Source: Tubulanus polymorphus (Eukaryota > Animalia > Nemertea). From it: a DNA stretch of 64,000 nucleotides. The notes beneath the pieces were generated by a model, which was not told the origin of the DNA, did no database searches, and worked only from the letters and a program-made list of their open reading frames with translations. The translations under genes were made by a program, and so were the position numbers. Of the stretch, positions 26,126 through 39,073 are shown piece by piece; within the stretch, counting starts at the first letter, position 1, and every line of letters starts with the position of its first letter. Where the stretch lies: contig NC_134030.1 of the NCBI RefSeq assembly GCF_964204645.1, forward strand, positions 5,498,778 through 5,562,777. Direction: 5' to 3'.

Positions 26126-29100
26126 GGTTTATAACGGTCTGGATGCTGCTGGTGTCCGGTAAACCGAAGAAATCGTCCATTAAAGCGGAGTCGACGCGAT
26201 CGTCTGCCTCGGCAGATGTACATTCCAAACCGAGGCTGACAGCTAGTCTAGCGCGTTGACGAACGTCCATCTCTTTGAGCATGAATGAATCACTTGGAGG
26301 CGTTCAAACCCACACTCGAGCGCTCGCCAGAAAATAGTTCTCCGGTTTTTTTTTCAAACGATTATCCTCCTAGTTTCGAAAATCGCTCGGACCTATACTT
26401 ACAACGCGTCCGCCAATTCCAAAGTCCCGGCGTACACTAAGCGCTCATATTAACGACTGAATAGGCCTCGGTTGAAATTTGACCCGGCGCGAATTTTTTC
26501 CTCGCCCCGACATCTGGATTTTGACATTAGATATAAATGAGCCCTACTTACGAACAAAGCGTCGAAACGTAAACACAGAATTCATCCAATGATGAATATA
26601 AGCTGATAAACTCTATAACGTGGCGAGGTTTGAATTGCAATTTCTGAGTTCTTTTATTCTCCTAGACGAAGTTCATCCATGCGTTCGTTTTACAATGTAC
26701 CATGCGTTCATCTCAATGTGCTATATACATAATGCGATAAAATTCGTCGTGTATCCAGGAGCAATCCCGTGTATGTCGCCACGTATATCATAGTCGTCAA
26801 TTTCGGCTACCTGAAAATACAGAAATAATGACATTTCATTACAATTTACCGTCGACACGTAGATACTATCAATTAGAAAACTGTAATCCTGTGTTAAACT
26901 GATGAAACTATTGCGATATCGAATTCAATCTGGTTCGAGAATTTTAAGAATTTCAGATCGAAAAAATTATAATCAGAGCTCCGAACGTTTGACATGCATA
27001 CCTTCGACGGTAACCTTCGTAATGCGGATACAACGAAAACGTCCCTGCTCATCTGACGAGCTACGCTTGTAATTTTATAACCCATATTTTATGTGTCTGG
27101 CAGCAAAGTTCAGGCCTGGGCTAATGCGATGTCGTAAAAGCGGCCATTGTCACGAGTAGGCCTTCCCGCGAGCAATGTTCATTTAATTAAACCTAAACAA
27201 GCTTAAATGGCTGTCTTCTACTAATTCGAATGCTAGGATAATTCACGTGCGTTTAAAGACGAACGGTCGGTTATTATCATAAAATATGAGCCGAGCGAGC
27301 AATAAATTCAAATTACGCCCGGCCAGCAGCGGCGTGTAAAATAATCCATTTATATTAATTGAACCCATGGTTGATTTTTGAATCGCAATCTCATTCTTCG
27401 TCGTTTCGCGTGAGACTTTCTCGATGGGAATGAACGAAACGGCGTATATGAAATTGCATTCGACTTATCTTCAATAAGCGAATCGTATCATTCTAACTGT
27501 ATTCTCAATTTCTCAATAAGAAAATCACTCTTATGAATTAAATACAACAACATTTCTATCTCTTTTTAAACAAGAAACTTTCATACAATTACTGTATATG
27601 ATAATGTGTAAAAAGGGGAGAGGACATTGAGCAAGCCAGAAGGCTGTACTCGAGTGGAGATCCATTATACCCCAAGAAAGATAATTTAGAAATAGTTTAA
27701 GATGACACTGATGATATCAACAATAAGCAAATGAGAAAGATGAAGATGATTTGATACAATCTAATTATCAGGATATTCGATTCGTTTTCAAATTCTAAAT
27801 AATGCATTTGTTTAAGATTTCGTTATTCGTGGAATGCGAATGAAAAGAAATGCCGGTAAAGCAAACCTACGACAAAACATCGATTGTCAACGAGCGAATT
27901 AAATTTGTTGTCATAAAAAGATTCCGTTCGCATTCTTTATTTAAACTCGTAATACGTTTATGTGCTGTAATAAAACTTTGCCCGGGCAAGTCTATACGGG
28001 CAGAGGGTAAACTATAAACACCGAGTCCGGGCGTTCTTTATACGGAATAACGGTATAATCTATTCAAATTGTATTCATTTCGAAAAGAAATAATTGCTAG
28101 CAATATAAATTCCTATGAAAGAATCGGGGTCGAACCGGTGATGAGTTTGAACGGTTTTACCAACTGAACCGCAATTAGACCTAATAAAATCCCTGACAAA
28201 TTCACCCTTGAATCCCACAAAATACCGAAACAATGGTAGATATGTCTCCACACATTTTTTCAAATACATCGTCTTATAAACTAGAAATTTAAGACATCTA
28301 TGTATAGTGTTTGTAGTTATATTTCCTATTGAAAGGAATAAAAACAAATTTGATTTACATTCTATCGGCAGTAGATAATAGTCGCCAGTGTAGAGAGTGT
28401 GTAATAGCTACTAAAATATTCGTGAAAAAATATGGTTAGTTTAAAAAGTAGTTATCCCCGGGAGAACATAACTGCGGACCCACGTATGTGAAATTGGCGC
28501 GTTGACGCGGGCCAGGTCACGCTTGCCTGTCGCGCTTCATAATCACCTCCATTACGTCAAAACCCCTGGAGTAATTTCTTCTGTCGCCTCCGGAGAGAGA
28601 AAAGTTTCGCTACGTAAAAGGCTAATAGGGTTTTACCATGTCGAAACCGATCTTAGCTCGTGATAGGATCGCCTACATGCAATATAATCTACTTATATTT
28701 TCTCCCATTGGATTTGGATTTTTTTCAGTCTTTTTGACGCCAAATACTCCGCCACAAAGTGAAATACCGACGTAGGTGTAGGTGTAGGTGAAATCGACTC
28801 CATGTTTCTTCTTTTAGGTAACATATCTAGCTATAGAAATACCTTCAAGTATCTAGGATATCTCTTAACTAGAAATAATAGCCGTTTAGCTACGAAAAGA
28901 TGGACCTCACTAATCACTATCGTCTCAATAATCTTTGTTCCTTTCAATTCGTTTCCGATAAATTAACGATTATTGAAAAAGTACAATCGGCGTATAAAGT
29001 ATAGATACTCATATCACTATGATATAGAGAAAATATACCGTATGATTATAGCCTCATTATATAATTAATCGTATGCGTTTTGCCCTGTAACTTTGTGCAC

Positions 29101-29202
29101 CATATTGCTGCAGACTCTTTTTGATTCCAGGCACTCTAAAAAAGAGGTAACTTCTATAGTCATATTCCCAGTCAACATATGGTGTTGGTAAAGACTAGTG
29201 CA

Positions 29203-29328
29203 TGTTCAATTGCTCAAAAGTTCGTTAGAGTTAAATGGTTGATAAGCCATATATTTGATTATTGGATTTGTATTATGGCCATGGCATTTATCGACCAACT
29301 CGAAATCAATTTTTGAGCAAATGGACGC
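29203..29328. mobile_element. Foldback MITE (family B-related)
   Basis: Left arm TTCAATTGCTCAAAAGTTCGTTAGAGTT..GGTTGATAAGCCAT versus reverse complement of right arm TCCATTTGCTCAAAAATTGATTTCGAGTTGGTCGATAAATGCCAT. Confidence 0.65.
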
Positions 29329-32300
29329 AGAAACGTTTAGTGCTATACTTTTTAATTCAATTCGATTCAAGTATTATTTCTAACTTATCGGTTACTTCTT
29401 GAATCGCCTAATTTAACTCGGATTTAGGTCAGAATTTATTTTCTCGTCTTCGATTGTTTCAACTTAGTCCGAGCGGAGAAAAAAATGACTCGATACTGCG
29501 GCGATTTCTGCGAATTAGTCAACACTCAGCGCCATACAATTTTTATTTCTCTAACTTTTCTCTGTACGGTGTATTTTACATGCTAGATTTACGACGAACA
29601 CAACCAGGAGGGATCCGGGTCGGGCCGGATTTATTATCTTTCGGCTGACAGACGTGATTTCAACGATATCGACGGAAAATTAAATCGCGTTTTTCTCGCA
29701 ATCTCGCTTGTTTATATTGCTACCAGCGCCCAAACACGCTTACGCAACGCACACCGGCGGTGATTGTGACAAATGAGGAAGAAGGTGGCTGTGGGGAAAT
29801 GACTCGGAAGCGCCATCGGGTGTGCTCGAATAACGCTGACACATTAAACACGAAGTTTCCACCAAAGTTCGAATAAGTTTTTTTTCGCCAGCACCTTATT
29901 TACCGCCGATCACGAAACCCCTAAATGGATGGAACTATACGACACAAATTGTGAATACGATTTGACGGTTAAAGCGCAGCGAGAAAAGTATAAACGAGAC
30001 CTCGGTTTCTGCCACGAGTTTGTCATATCTTTGTCATATCTACGCAGGATTGGAAAATCTGACGGCTTATAGCCCGTTATATACATATACAAACGCTGTT
30101 AATTGCTCGCTGTTAATTGTCATTCGGTTCCATCGAAAAAACTGGAAGGTTTGCGATAGTTTTTAATGTTTCCGTTCTCCGGAAAAGCCACTTGATATCA
30201 AAGAAACGTTCGGGCTTTGATTTGTTGGTTTTTACAGCTCGGTCAACTCGAGTGTATACAAGAGTTATCCAGTGTTCAAATCGTATCTGGAAATTGCAAT
30301 AAGTCGCATCCTCGACACTGTTTTTTTGGAAAACTTTTTCACAAGGCCATAAATCATTGACGCGTGATAAACCAACTATTGAATTGTTCTCAATGAAACT
30401 ACAATTTTTGTAGCGACGACCGAGCGCAAGTTAACCGTCGGGGACACACTAACGACTGCGCATTGCTATTTAGAGATGAAATCCGGGGGATTATTCAAAT
30501 TTTCGAAGCCTTTGAAACTTTCGGAAATGAAAAGCATGCGTATGGCATTCGTGTTCGGCGACGGGGTGATGGTTCCACGAGGAATATGGTTTTTGAATCC
30601 GTGTTTATGCAAAGAGGGCTTGCATTCTGTATCTACGGCGAGTGATTAATCACCGGCAACTTCAAAGACTTGCCGCTGTCAGAGCGATAGTAATCAGCTA
30701 AAGGCCCTGTCACTGCCGGCGTAAAAACTAAGCCGCCACTGTAATAAAATTGCAGTGCAACGTTTTTCTACCGAAACTTTACACGATCGAGTCCAAAGAT
30801 ACTTGTCACATGCACATGTGGACATAGAACATGTGTGACCATTAGAAACTAAGCTTGTGAGGGAGGAAAATTGTATCGCGTTTTGTATTGATATTCATCT
30901 TTTTCGAACAAAATGCTTCTTCATTGATCTCCGAATGAAGAATAAAGCATTGTATTCGGATAACATTACCACAGATATGCCTATAGGTTACACAGGGTGA
31001 TTTCGAATAACTCGAGTTTCGGGCTGACTGAGAAATATCTCAATTCGAAGTTTAGCCTTGGAAAATTCTATCCGAAACCGAATTCAACCAATTATCGAAA
31101 CTAGTATGGATTACCCGGGGAACGTCGTGTGGGATTTAATGGAGATGTCAATCAAAGCAAAGGGAATTAATTTGCATGGAAATTAATGAATTACATCTAT
31201 ACCCTAAACCGTAGTCGATTAATCTTTGGATTAGGCGACGAACGACTTGTTGTAATTGAAGAAAGTTTCCAACCGGAAATCCAAAATTGTGTCGCAGTCG
31301 ATCTAGAAAAACTGCAGCGAGGATTTCTTCTCAGCGACCGTCTGCCCCTTGTTCCCGCACTGCATAACCATTTATTCAGTTATTCCACGACGCTCGGTTA
31401 TTTTCAAAAGCTTTTCCGATTCTCTTACAAAGCATTCGAATCCGAAGATCACGAGCGGCTGAACGAATAAAAAAACCTATTTAGGATTCGACGTCTGAAC
31501 TGATTTGTCAGCTCTTAATTTAAGACATTAAGTTTAATCGATATTCTTACCACAGCACTTTCCCCGATTTAAACGATCATTTTCGCATCTATATCATGTT
31601 AAAAAGGCATCAATAGCTGCGGCGATGGCTCTGCGTGAGCTTAATTTAAAAAGTAAACTAAATAAGCAATGAGCACTTTCAAAGATTTGAAAACAAGTGG
31701 AAGTCGTCAGTGATAGCGTCAGTGTTTTCAAGAATTTTGAATAGAGACAGAAAACCTGTAAATATTCCATCTTATGTTAGAGAAAATGGTCGCAAGGCCA
31801 TCAATTTTTGTCTTATACAGAAGCACCTTCTTGTGAAGGTCAGACTCTTCGTAGCTGTAATCTTTATTACATACTAAATAGAAATTGACAGTTGCACAAA
31901 GTGTTGCAACTTGACTCGATCAGTTTGATCGATTTCGTCGTGAAATTTCGTATCTTGTTTTCTATCGAACTTCCGTCTCACGAGCAGCGACGAAAGCAAA
32001 GGTCGTGTCGTCGGAAGGCCTTCGACTGAGATCACGCGAAGAATTCCTAACAACAACCCGCTTCAAATATCGCGTATTCCGGGCACGATTGTGACCTCTT
32101 CTGCTCGATAAGAACCAGCAACAAGAGCTGATCGTGCATTACCTGTCAACTCCTTGACTGTGGTCAAACGCGAGCCCGTCCCAGCGACAAAATAGCGCTG
32201 CAATGAATATTGGATCGCTAAAAACGTTGACAAGTTGCCGAGGTTGTTTGTTTATAAGATCCACAAATAATGACGAATGTAATTTGACTTCGACAAAAAG

Positions 32301-33509
32301 AAGACCAGATTTTCGAATAGATTCGAAAATGAGCGTAAAATGTACAATTTGTGCATGCGATTGCATGGAAATACCGTAGGCTCAGGAGCTATCAAAATGA
32401 CCCCCGATATCTTCGGGGAACTTGGCACCTAAATGCGTGAACTCAGGCGATCTATCGCGGTAAACTAAAACCTTTAGTTTTTGATGCTAGGTTTACCGCA
32501 GTGTTGACTTCGTGTCACTGCGGTGCAGAAATCAAAGATCACAAGCTACCGATTCTAGAATTTCAATGATAAATCAAATAGACATATGATTGTACAGTAG
32601 TCGCTGCGGTTGCGGTAGCCTACTTTCTATTCAACTTTCGGAAGTATTTGTTTATTTTGTTTTATCACTTGTAAATGGTATTCTAGGCAAAGGTATATAG
32701 AACAGAAAAGATACAATATACATATTTGTGCATTCTTATCCTTATTCTGGGCGCCTTACTACGGTTATACTGTGGCCATTCGAGGTATATCTATAACCAT
32801 GGACTCAACTCGCGCTTGATTTTCAAAACGATGATCGCGGTTCAGTTGATAATATTCTTTAGTCAAGTGCTATTTACAAAGAGCCGATTTGTTAAGTACA
32901 CATTTAAAAACATCGGTACGCAGCGACTTCCTTAATCATCTTCTCAAGATTGCATGTATCGATTTAGTATTTCCGGCGTGGAATCAAATATTTATGACTT
33001 TAATCAAAGTCAAATATGCGATATGTTCAAGTTTATAACGCACGCATAATTCGTGCTTCAGGAACGACGGAGGAAACAGGATGCGATCAGAATGATATTC
33101 GTGCTTCCTCTGTCGGGAATAGTCGAAGAGAAGTATCCTGTATCCATGGTAACCTACCGTCGCTTATTCCCATAAATTAACATGAAATCGACATCAGATC
33201 ATTTTCTGAGAGAAGATATCGCGTAAAAACTATCGTCGTTGCCCCCGGAGAAAGTTTAATTATTCATTGTAAACTTATAGTATTATCAATTCTATCAATG
33301 GATTGTGAACTGTGTATCGAATAAAACACTACCTATTATTCTAACACATACTTTGGGCAGATAATTTGAAATTTCATGAACTTTATCGATGGCTAATTCT
33401 ACGTATTCGATGAATTACTTTTTTCGACGAGAAAAGTTGGTGAAACCACTAAATGTTCGGGGTTAGGTTTAAACTTAGAATTGCAACCGCCAGGATGTAA
33501 CTAGAAGGT

Positions 33510-33925
33510 TTTCATTGGTGACGTCACAGTCATTGCCGTGCTGCACACGCTGATCGATCATTTGCTTTTAATATATGAAAAGAATATGTCACCTTCGATT
33601 GGTGTCGTCGCCGGGGGATGAGAGAGTGGGAGAGAGAGAGAGACATGTTTGTAATAAGTGTGAAAAGTCTCCAACGCGACACGAAAAGCGCTCTTCCCAT
33701 TCCTAGTCGGCTTAATTCCGCGTCAGTTCGTGTCTTTCACACGTGTTTCTGTCTTTCTTACCTGTTTTAGAAGCGAAGTCCCTTGTGGCAACGGCACGGA
33801 CCGACCACCGGCGTCTTCAGTTCGACGGACACACCAACGTCGTCTACCACAACCGATCGCGAGTCAGTGTCATTTACGGCAGCGACTCGGAGGCTTAATC
33901 GCCGACGCTCGATAATAAGGTAAGT
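33510..33925 (+). promoter_or_regulatory. Candidate upstream promoter and non-coding exon (possible Hox3 leader)
   Basis: ATTGG directly beside a CRE palindrome TGACGTCA (33519-33526), a second ATTGG at ~33598, a GA repeat, Inr-like TCAGTT (33723-33728), polypyrimidine+TAG acceptor (33768-33770) and consensus donor AAG|GTAAGT (33919|33920). Confidence 0.45.
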
Positions 33926-36166
33926 CACTTCGGTGAAAGTTTTCTCACTTTTCTATACTTTCTCAAGGTTGATAGAGTACCGGGAGTCTCGACCTGCAAA
34001 CACAAATTATCGATAAGGTCAAATATCTCCGCGGTTTGAATCCTATGTTCGCGAGTTAGGGCAACTGTCGAGCCCAAAGTTGAGCCGGGTTCACCCCGAT
34101 AAACTTATACAAAAAAAACTCAACATTCGTCACTTCGCACGACCATACTCCGGCAGTAAGAATGTTTGACACGTCACGTGACGAGCAAAGCGACAAGACG
34201 ATCCTTTACGAGGCGGTGTTGTAGGCGATCAATTTGAATAAGAAGTTATTTTATAACGCCAGAGTAATAGTAAGCTCCCGGTTAACTACGTTAGAGCGGC
34301 TGATTGTCGAACCGTCGTTTGTCTTCGCCGGCAAGGTAATAAACGTACTCACTATATCTGTTCTGTCTAGTAGTTTAGTTTTTAGATAACATTAGTAGGA
34401 GAGCCGTTGAGATGTTGTAAATAACCCATTAAATATCGTGTCGGGGCGGTTTGCAAAATTAATGCCTATGAGTTATAGTTTCTCGGTGAAAAATGGCGTT
34501 GCAATACAGGCGCGTGAATCTTTGGTGTCATTAAGGCTCATAAACTAGGAAGTTTAATGGCCTCTAATTGTTTACGTCGTCATTACGCCTTGATTCGGCT
34601 ATTACCCTAAACACTAATGCAATACGTCATAACTCATTAAGCTTCTTTCCGTTAGTCTAGTCGGTCTCTACACACAGCGCGTCCCGATAAATGTAGATCC
34701 CAGTTCGTCTGCGTGGCATAAATTATGTGTTTTTTTACAAGGCATTATATATCGCGACCTTTTCTCTCTCGACTTTGACAACGAAGTACAAGTGATAAAT
34801 CTATATGTTTTGTCGGCCATATTTGTTATAAATGTGTTTTAATGCGTACACGCTGCTGTACGCGTTACAAATAGATATGAAACGAACTCGCTCGTTTATT
34901 ACAATCGAGAAACTTTATACGATATCAACATCTGTGTTCGAATTCAATCTTTATTTCGATAGATATCTTAATCACGTTCACGATATGAATATTTAGTAGC
35001 GACTTAGTCTGGTCTCGACAATATCTTACCAGTAAATAAGAACAAAAATATCATATTTCATAGACTTTGTCAGCGGGTTTTCCTGAAATCGATGTGAACG
35101 AGCAATTATTCTTCGGGAAAGAACCGAATCTTTACGAATGGAAAAAAAATCTTACAATTTCATCATCGAATTTATTTCGCTTTTTTTTCGCTTTTTAAAT
35201 TACTTCTGCGTTTTCCCGGTAGGGGGCAGGAGCCGTCAGTATTCGCTGGCTGCGCTCTTAAGATCCGCCTCGTCGTTTGTCATGATAAATTCGATTTTCC
35301 AATGACGTTTTCTGGGCGTTAAATTGCAAGTGGCGTGTCAACTGTCGGCACGTTGAATACATTTTCTCTAGCCTCGAGAATGCGAGGTCGGCATTTTATG
35401 TTTGAATCGTCGATGAAATAAAAATGGCGTATAAAAAGCGTATTATGGTATGAAATCTATTTACAAAAGATGATTTTCCAAATTCTGCACAGCACAACCC
35501 ATCAGGCTGTATTGAATACAATTGAAACGGTGAGGTAACCAACCTCCAGCGATGCTGGAATTTTGTGTCTAAAAGGTGAATAGATCCACAGTTCAAAATG
35601 CAGATTAAGACGCAACTGCTAGAATATAGATATGAACTGATACAGCTCAATTTATGAGGATAGATAAGATTATAACGATGATGGTTAAAATAGCTGACTG
35701 AAATGCACGCAGCAACCGGCGGCTTTAGTTTTATGACTGTGTCTCGTGGCTTGCCAACCGAGCGAAGACGCCTCGAACCGAGCGGCATTAACCAGTTTAC
35801 GGCCGGGTTTATCTCGCGGCTACCGCTGACCAGCCATGTCCGACATGAAGGGCGATTTTACGAGCAAAGCCGCGGTCGTAAAACATCAGCACGTATCGTT
35901 CATAAATAAATCATACACACTGTATCCACACTCAAGGTTGCCTGCCCCCTCGCTATCATGAATCATCACGATCCCAGGTCCCTAGACTCGCACGCGGCCT
36001 TGGTTGCCAAGTCAGGTCCATCAAATTTAGCGTTCTTCTTTCTTCAACAAAGAGCTCCTGAATATGCCTTAATTTTAACCACAAACAATTTACGACAGGC
36101 AGACGTTTCTTATTTTGAAGTAGATATACCTATTTAAGCAATATCAAGGGATAAGATAATGACTTT

Positions 36167-36248
36167 CTATGTATAAATGTGTGTATATATGTATGTATGC
36201 ATGTATGTTTGTGTGTATGTATGTATGTATGTATATGAATGTATGTAT
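36167..36248. repeat. (TATG)n / (TG)n compound microsatellite
   Basis: Visible imperfect TATG repeats. Confidence 0.9.
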
Positions 36249-36310
36249 TTCTTAAATTAGGCCCAAAGGAAACATAAGTTACTCACTTACTGCAAATCTC
36301 TAATGAATAA

Positions 36311-36452
36311 CAACAAACTTCGCTTAACTCGGAGCTACGCGACGTCCGAGTTGGATAGGAAAAAACGTTAGGAAGTGAGAAAAATGATTTAGTTTTTGTC
36401 CGGTTTGTCAAAAGTTCGAGTTGGCCATATCCGAGTAAGGCGAGGATTACTG
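36311..36452. mobile_element. MITE family A copy
   Basis: CAACAAACTTCGCTTAACTCGGA versus reverse complement CAGTAATCCTCGCCTTACTCGGA; TA on the right flank; TCCGAGTTGG subrepeats as at 2174-2347. Confidence 0.65.
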
Positions 36453-38938
36453 TAAAATTTCTATAGAAATATCTATATAAATTTCCATTTATTCCACCAT
36501 ACTTTTCGATATTTTCTCTGGAAACAAATCACTTGCTATTATTCTTATTGAAAATTGCGCGAAATTCAATACGCATCGAGACAATCCCGACAATATTGAT
36601 GAAATCCGGGTTTAACTTAACGACGTGTCAAGTAAATCCTCGATTGCAATTAAATCGGAATTGCTTAAAAAAAGTCACGATTGACTGGAAAGTCTTGTTG
36701 TCAATTTGTGGTTTTGTTCTGTGGAAAAAATTACCAGTGTGAAATAAAAACGACGGCACAGATAGAGAAAGAGACGTATAAGGTATTATGTTGTCATCTT
36801 CTAGAAAAATTAAAAACGTCAAAATCAATCACAAAATTTCGGATATTCGATATGGGGAAGATTATAAAAAGTGATTATCTCGATATCCGCGCCAATTTTG
36901 CGCTCAACAAAATGAGATATAATGATCAATGTGTACAATATAGTCCGCACTCTAATGGCGCATTCAGCTGTATCGTCTTAACTCTCATAATCCCAACTTC
37001 ATCCGTAAATGAGTTATTACACAGAAAAATAATATTACCGTCAATAATTTAATTTGTTCTAAACGCGCCTCGAATAGACAGGAGACTTAACAAAAAACCG
37101 AATGCCTTTCAATTAATTCCTCGGAATTGTGTCATTTTCATCGCGATTGATACATCGAGAAAATCCCCGCGATCACGTGACGTATCTATACCTCGACAGC
37201 GATCTTCGCATACGGTTTTCACTAAGACAAATATATTCAAAAAGACTGACGGCAATAAGTGAGTAGAATTGACGAAAATTCCTTAAAAGGCATGTATAAG
37301 GAAGGCAAGTTTTATACATGGACTCCAACACGAGTTCATCGTTCATGTAGATGGTATAAAGATGCAAAAATAGGCTACTGCGGATGTGAACCGCCCAGTG
37401 ACCTCTTCTGACATCGGGCGCCCTGAATCCGCCGCTCTTTTCATTTGGCTGAAGGTCGGCGAGCTCTTTGAAGATTGCGCTCTGAATGCGTTACAAGATA
37501 AATGATCATCATTTGTAAAAATATCTCAGACGCTATTGTACGACCGGTCAAGAAGCACAATCGTGCACGGTGAGATAAGTTCCCCTAGACGGTCGTCACG
37601 CGGGTGAGAGTGACAACGCCCCCTTCAGTTCGACAAGGCAACCGTTTGACTTCTATCCATATAGTGTCTGTTGCGAACGCCAGGCAAAAGCAATGACTTA
37701 TTTGCTATATGCAATAACTCGAATTTATACATTATTTGAACAGTTTTATTCCCAAGAAAACTAGGATTTGGGAGTAAAATTGTTTAGTCTCTATAGCTTA
37801 GTCTTAAAACACCGAGTAGCTTTGCCGGCCTCTTCCCACGTTCCGCAGTTTAGTCATGACCGTCCCAGCGTGTTCGCTACACCGAAACTGAAGTTACGTC
37901 ATTTCCCTGGTATCCATCAATGAGAACACGGATTATGAGATTGCAAAAACGACTGTCGTCGTCGTCGGCCGCTTTACTGTCGATTACTCGTGTAATCGGG
38001 CGAAGACTAGACGACATTATAAAAAATAAAACTTGCAGCAAGAAAAAACTTTCAAGCTTTCGTTCTAAATTAAAGACGCTGTCTGAATCCGTAATGACTA
38101 TAATGAAACTTCAGCGTGTGATCGATAAACTAGCGTTCACTTTTAAACGGACACCAGTTGGCTGGTACGAGGCAGGACAAATGTCATAGGAACAGCGTGG
38201 ACCTTTAAAACCAAAAATATGCTACATCAATGACTGACATAACAAGATCTTAGCGAGATATATGGGGTGATTCAGAAACGTATCATTAACCAATGGTCAC
38301 CCGGCCTAAATCCTGGTAAAAATGTATATTTTGTGACGGGGAAGATTGTAATCTGGCCTATCTTTCAGATTGATTTGTTCTCGGAAGCAAAAAAAAAATA
38401 AGCATACGCAAATCATTATTCAAGCGTCGATTATTCGTCGCATTAACACTGACCGTCTGGTGCTGGCGAAGTGTGATTGAATTAGTTCGTCCAATATTCC
38501 TTTGTTTCTCTTTAGTTACGTCATGCAAAAACATGATTACAACGACTGATGACCAAACGACTTCAGCTGTGGGATTTCGTCCGACGGCGAGTAGTTGATT
38601 TTTCTGTCAATTAATCTGCAGAAGATGTCGATTATTTTGCAGTATCGTTTGTCGTCGTCGTGTTATTCAACTACTGCGGGTTTCAGTCTGATAGTCTGTC
38701 GCCCCTCGGCCCCGTACGACCGTGAGGTCTAGACACTCACGATTCAAAGGTGTGATGATAAAGTGATGTTCTAAACACATATCGACATATATAATACACG
38801 TGATTGTCTAATTCAATATGAAAAAATTCCGCACTACGAAGTGCAACTAATAGAGGATTTTGGCTCCAATGTCTAGAGCATTTTCGATAAGGTTTTTCGA
38901 AATGGCTCAAAGCGTTTGAGCCAAAATCCTCTATGAAG

Positions 38939-39073
38939 TTTACTTCATATTGTGGATTCACATTTTACAACTTTGAGTAATGGCAGAAATTTGAGTCAAA
39001 TTCTCTATTACATTTACTTCATATTGTGGAATCACATCGCTTTGACGATCACAACTTTAAACAATGGTAGAAA
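38939..39073. repeat. Imperfect local tandem duplication
   Basis: TTTACTTCATATTGTGGA(T/A)TCACAT occurs twice, each copy followed by ACAACTTT..AATGG.AGAAA. Confidence 0.75.

Noticed and set aside
27600-27675. Possible LINE 3' stem-loop remnant (AAGCCAGAAGGCT)
   Set aside because: Too short, with no clear polyA signal or tail, to call without a repeat library.
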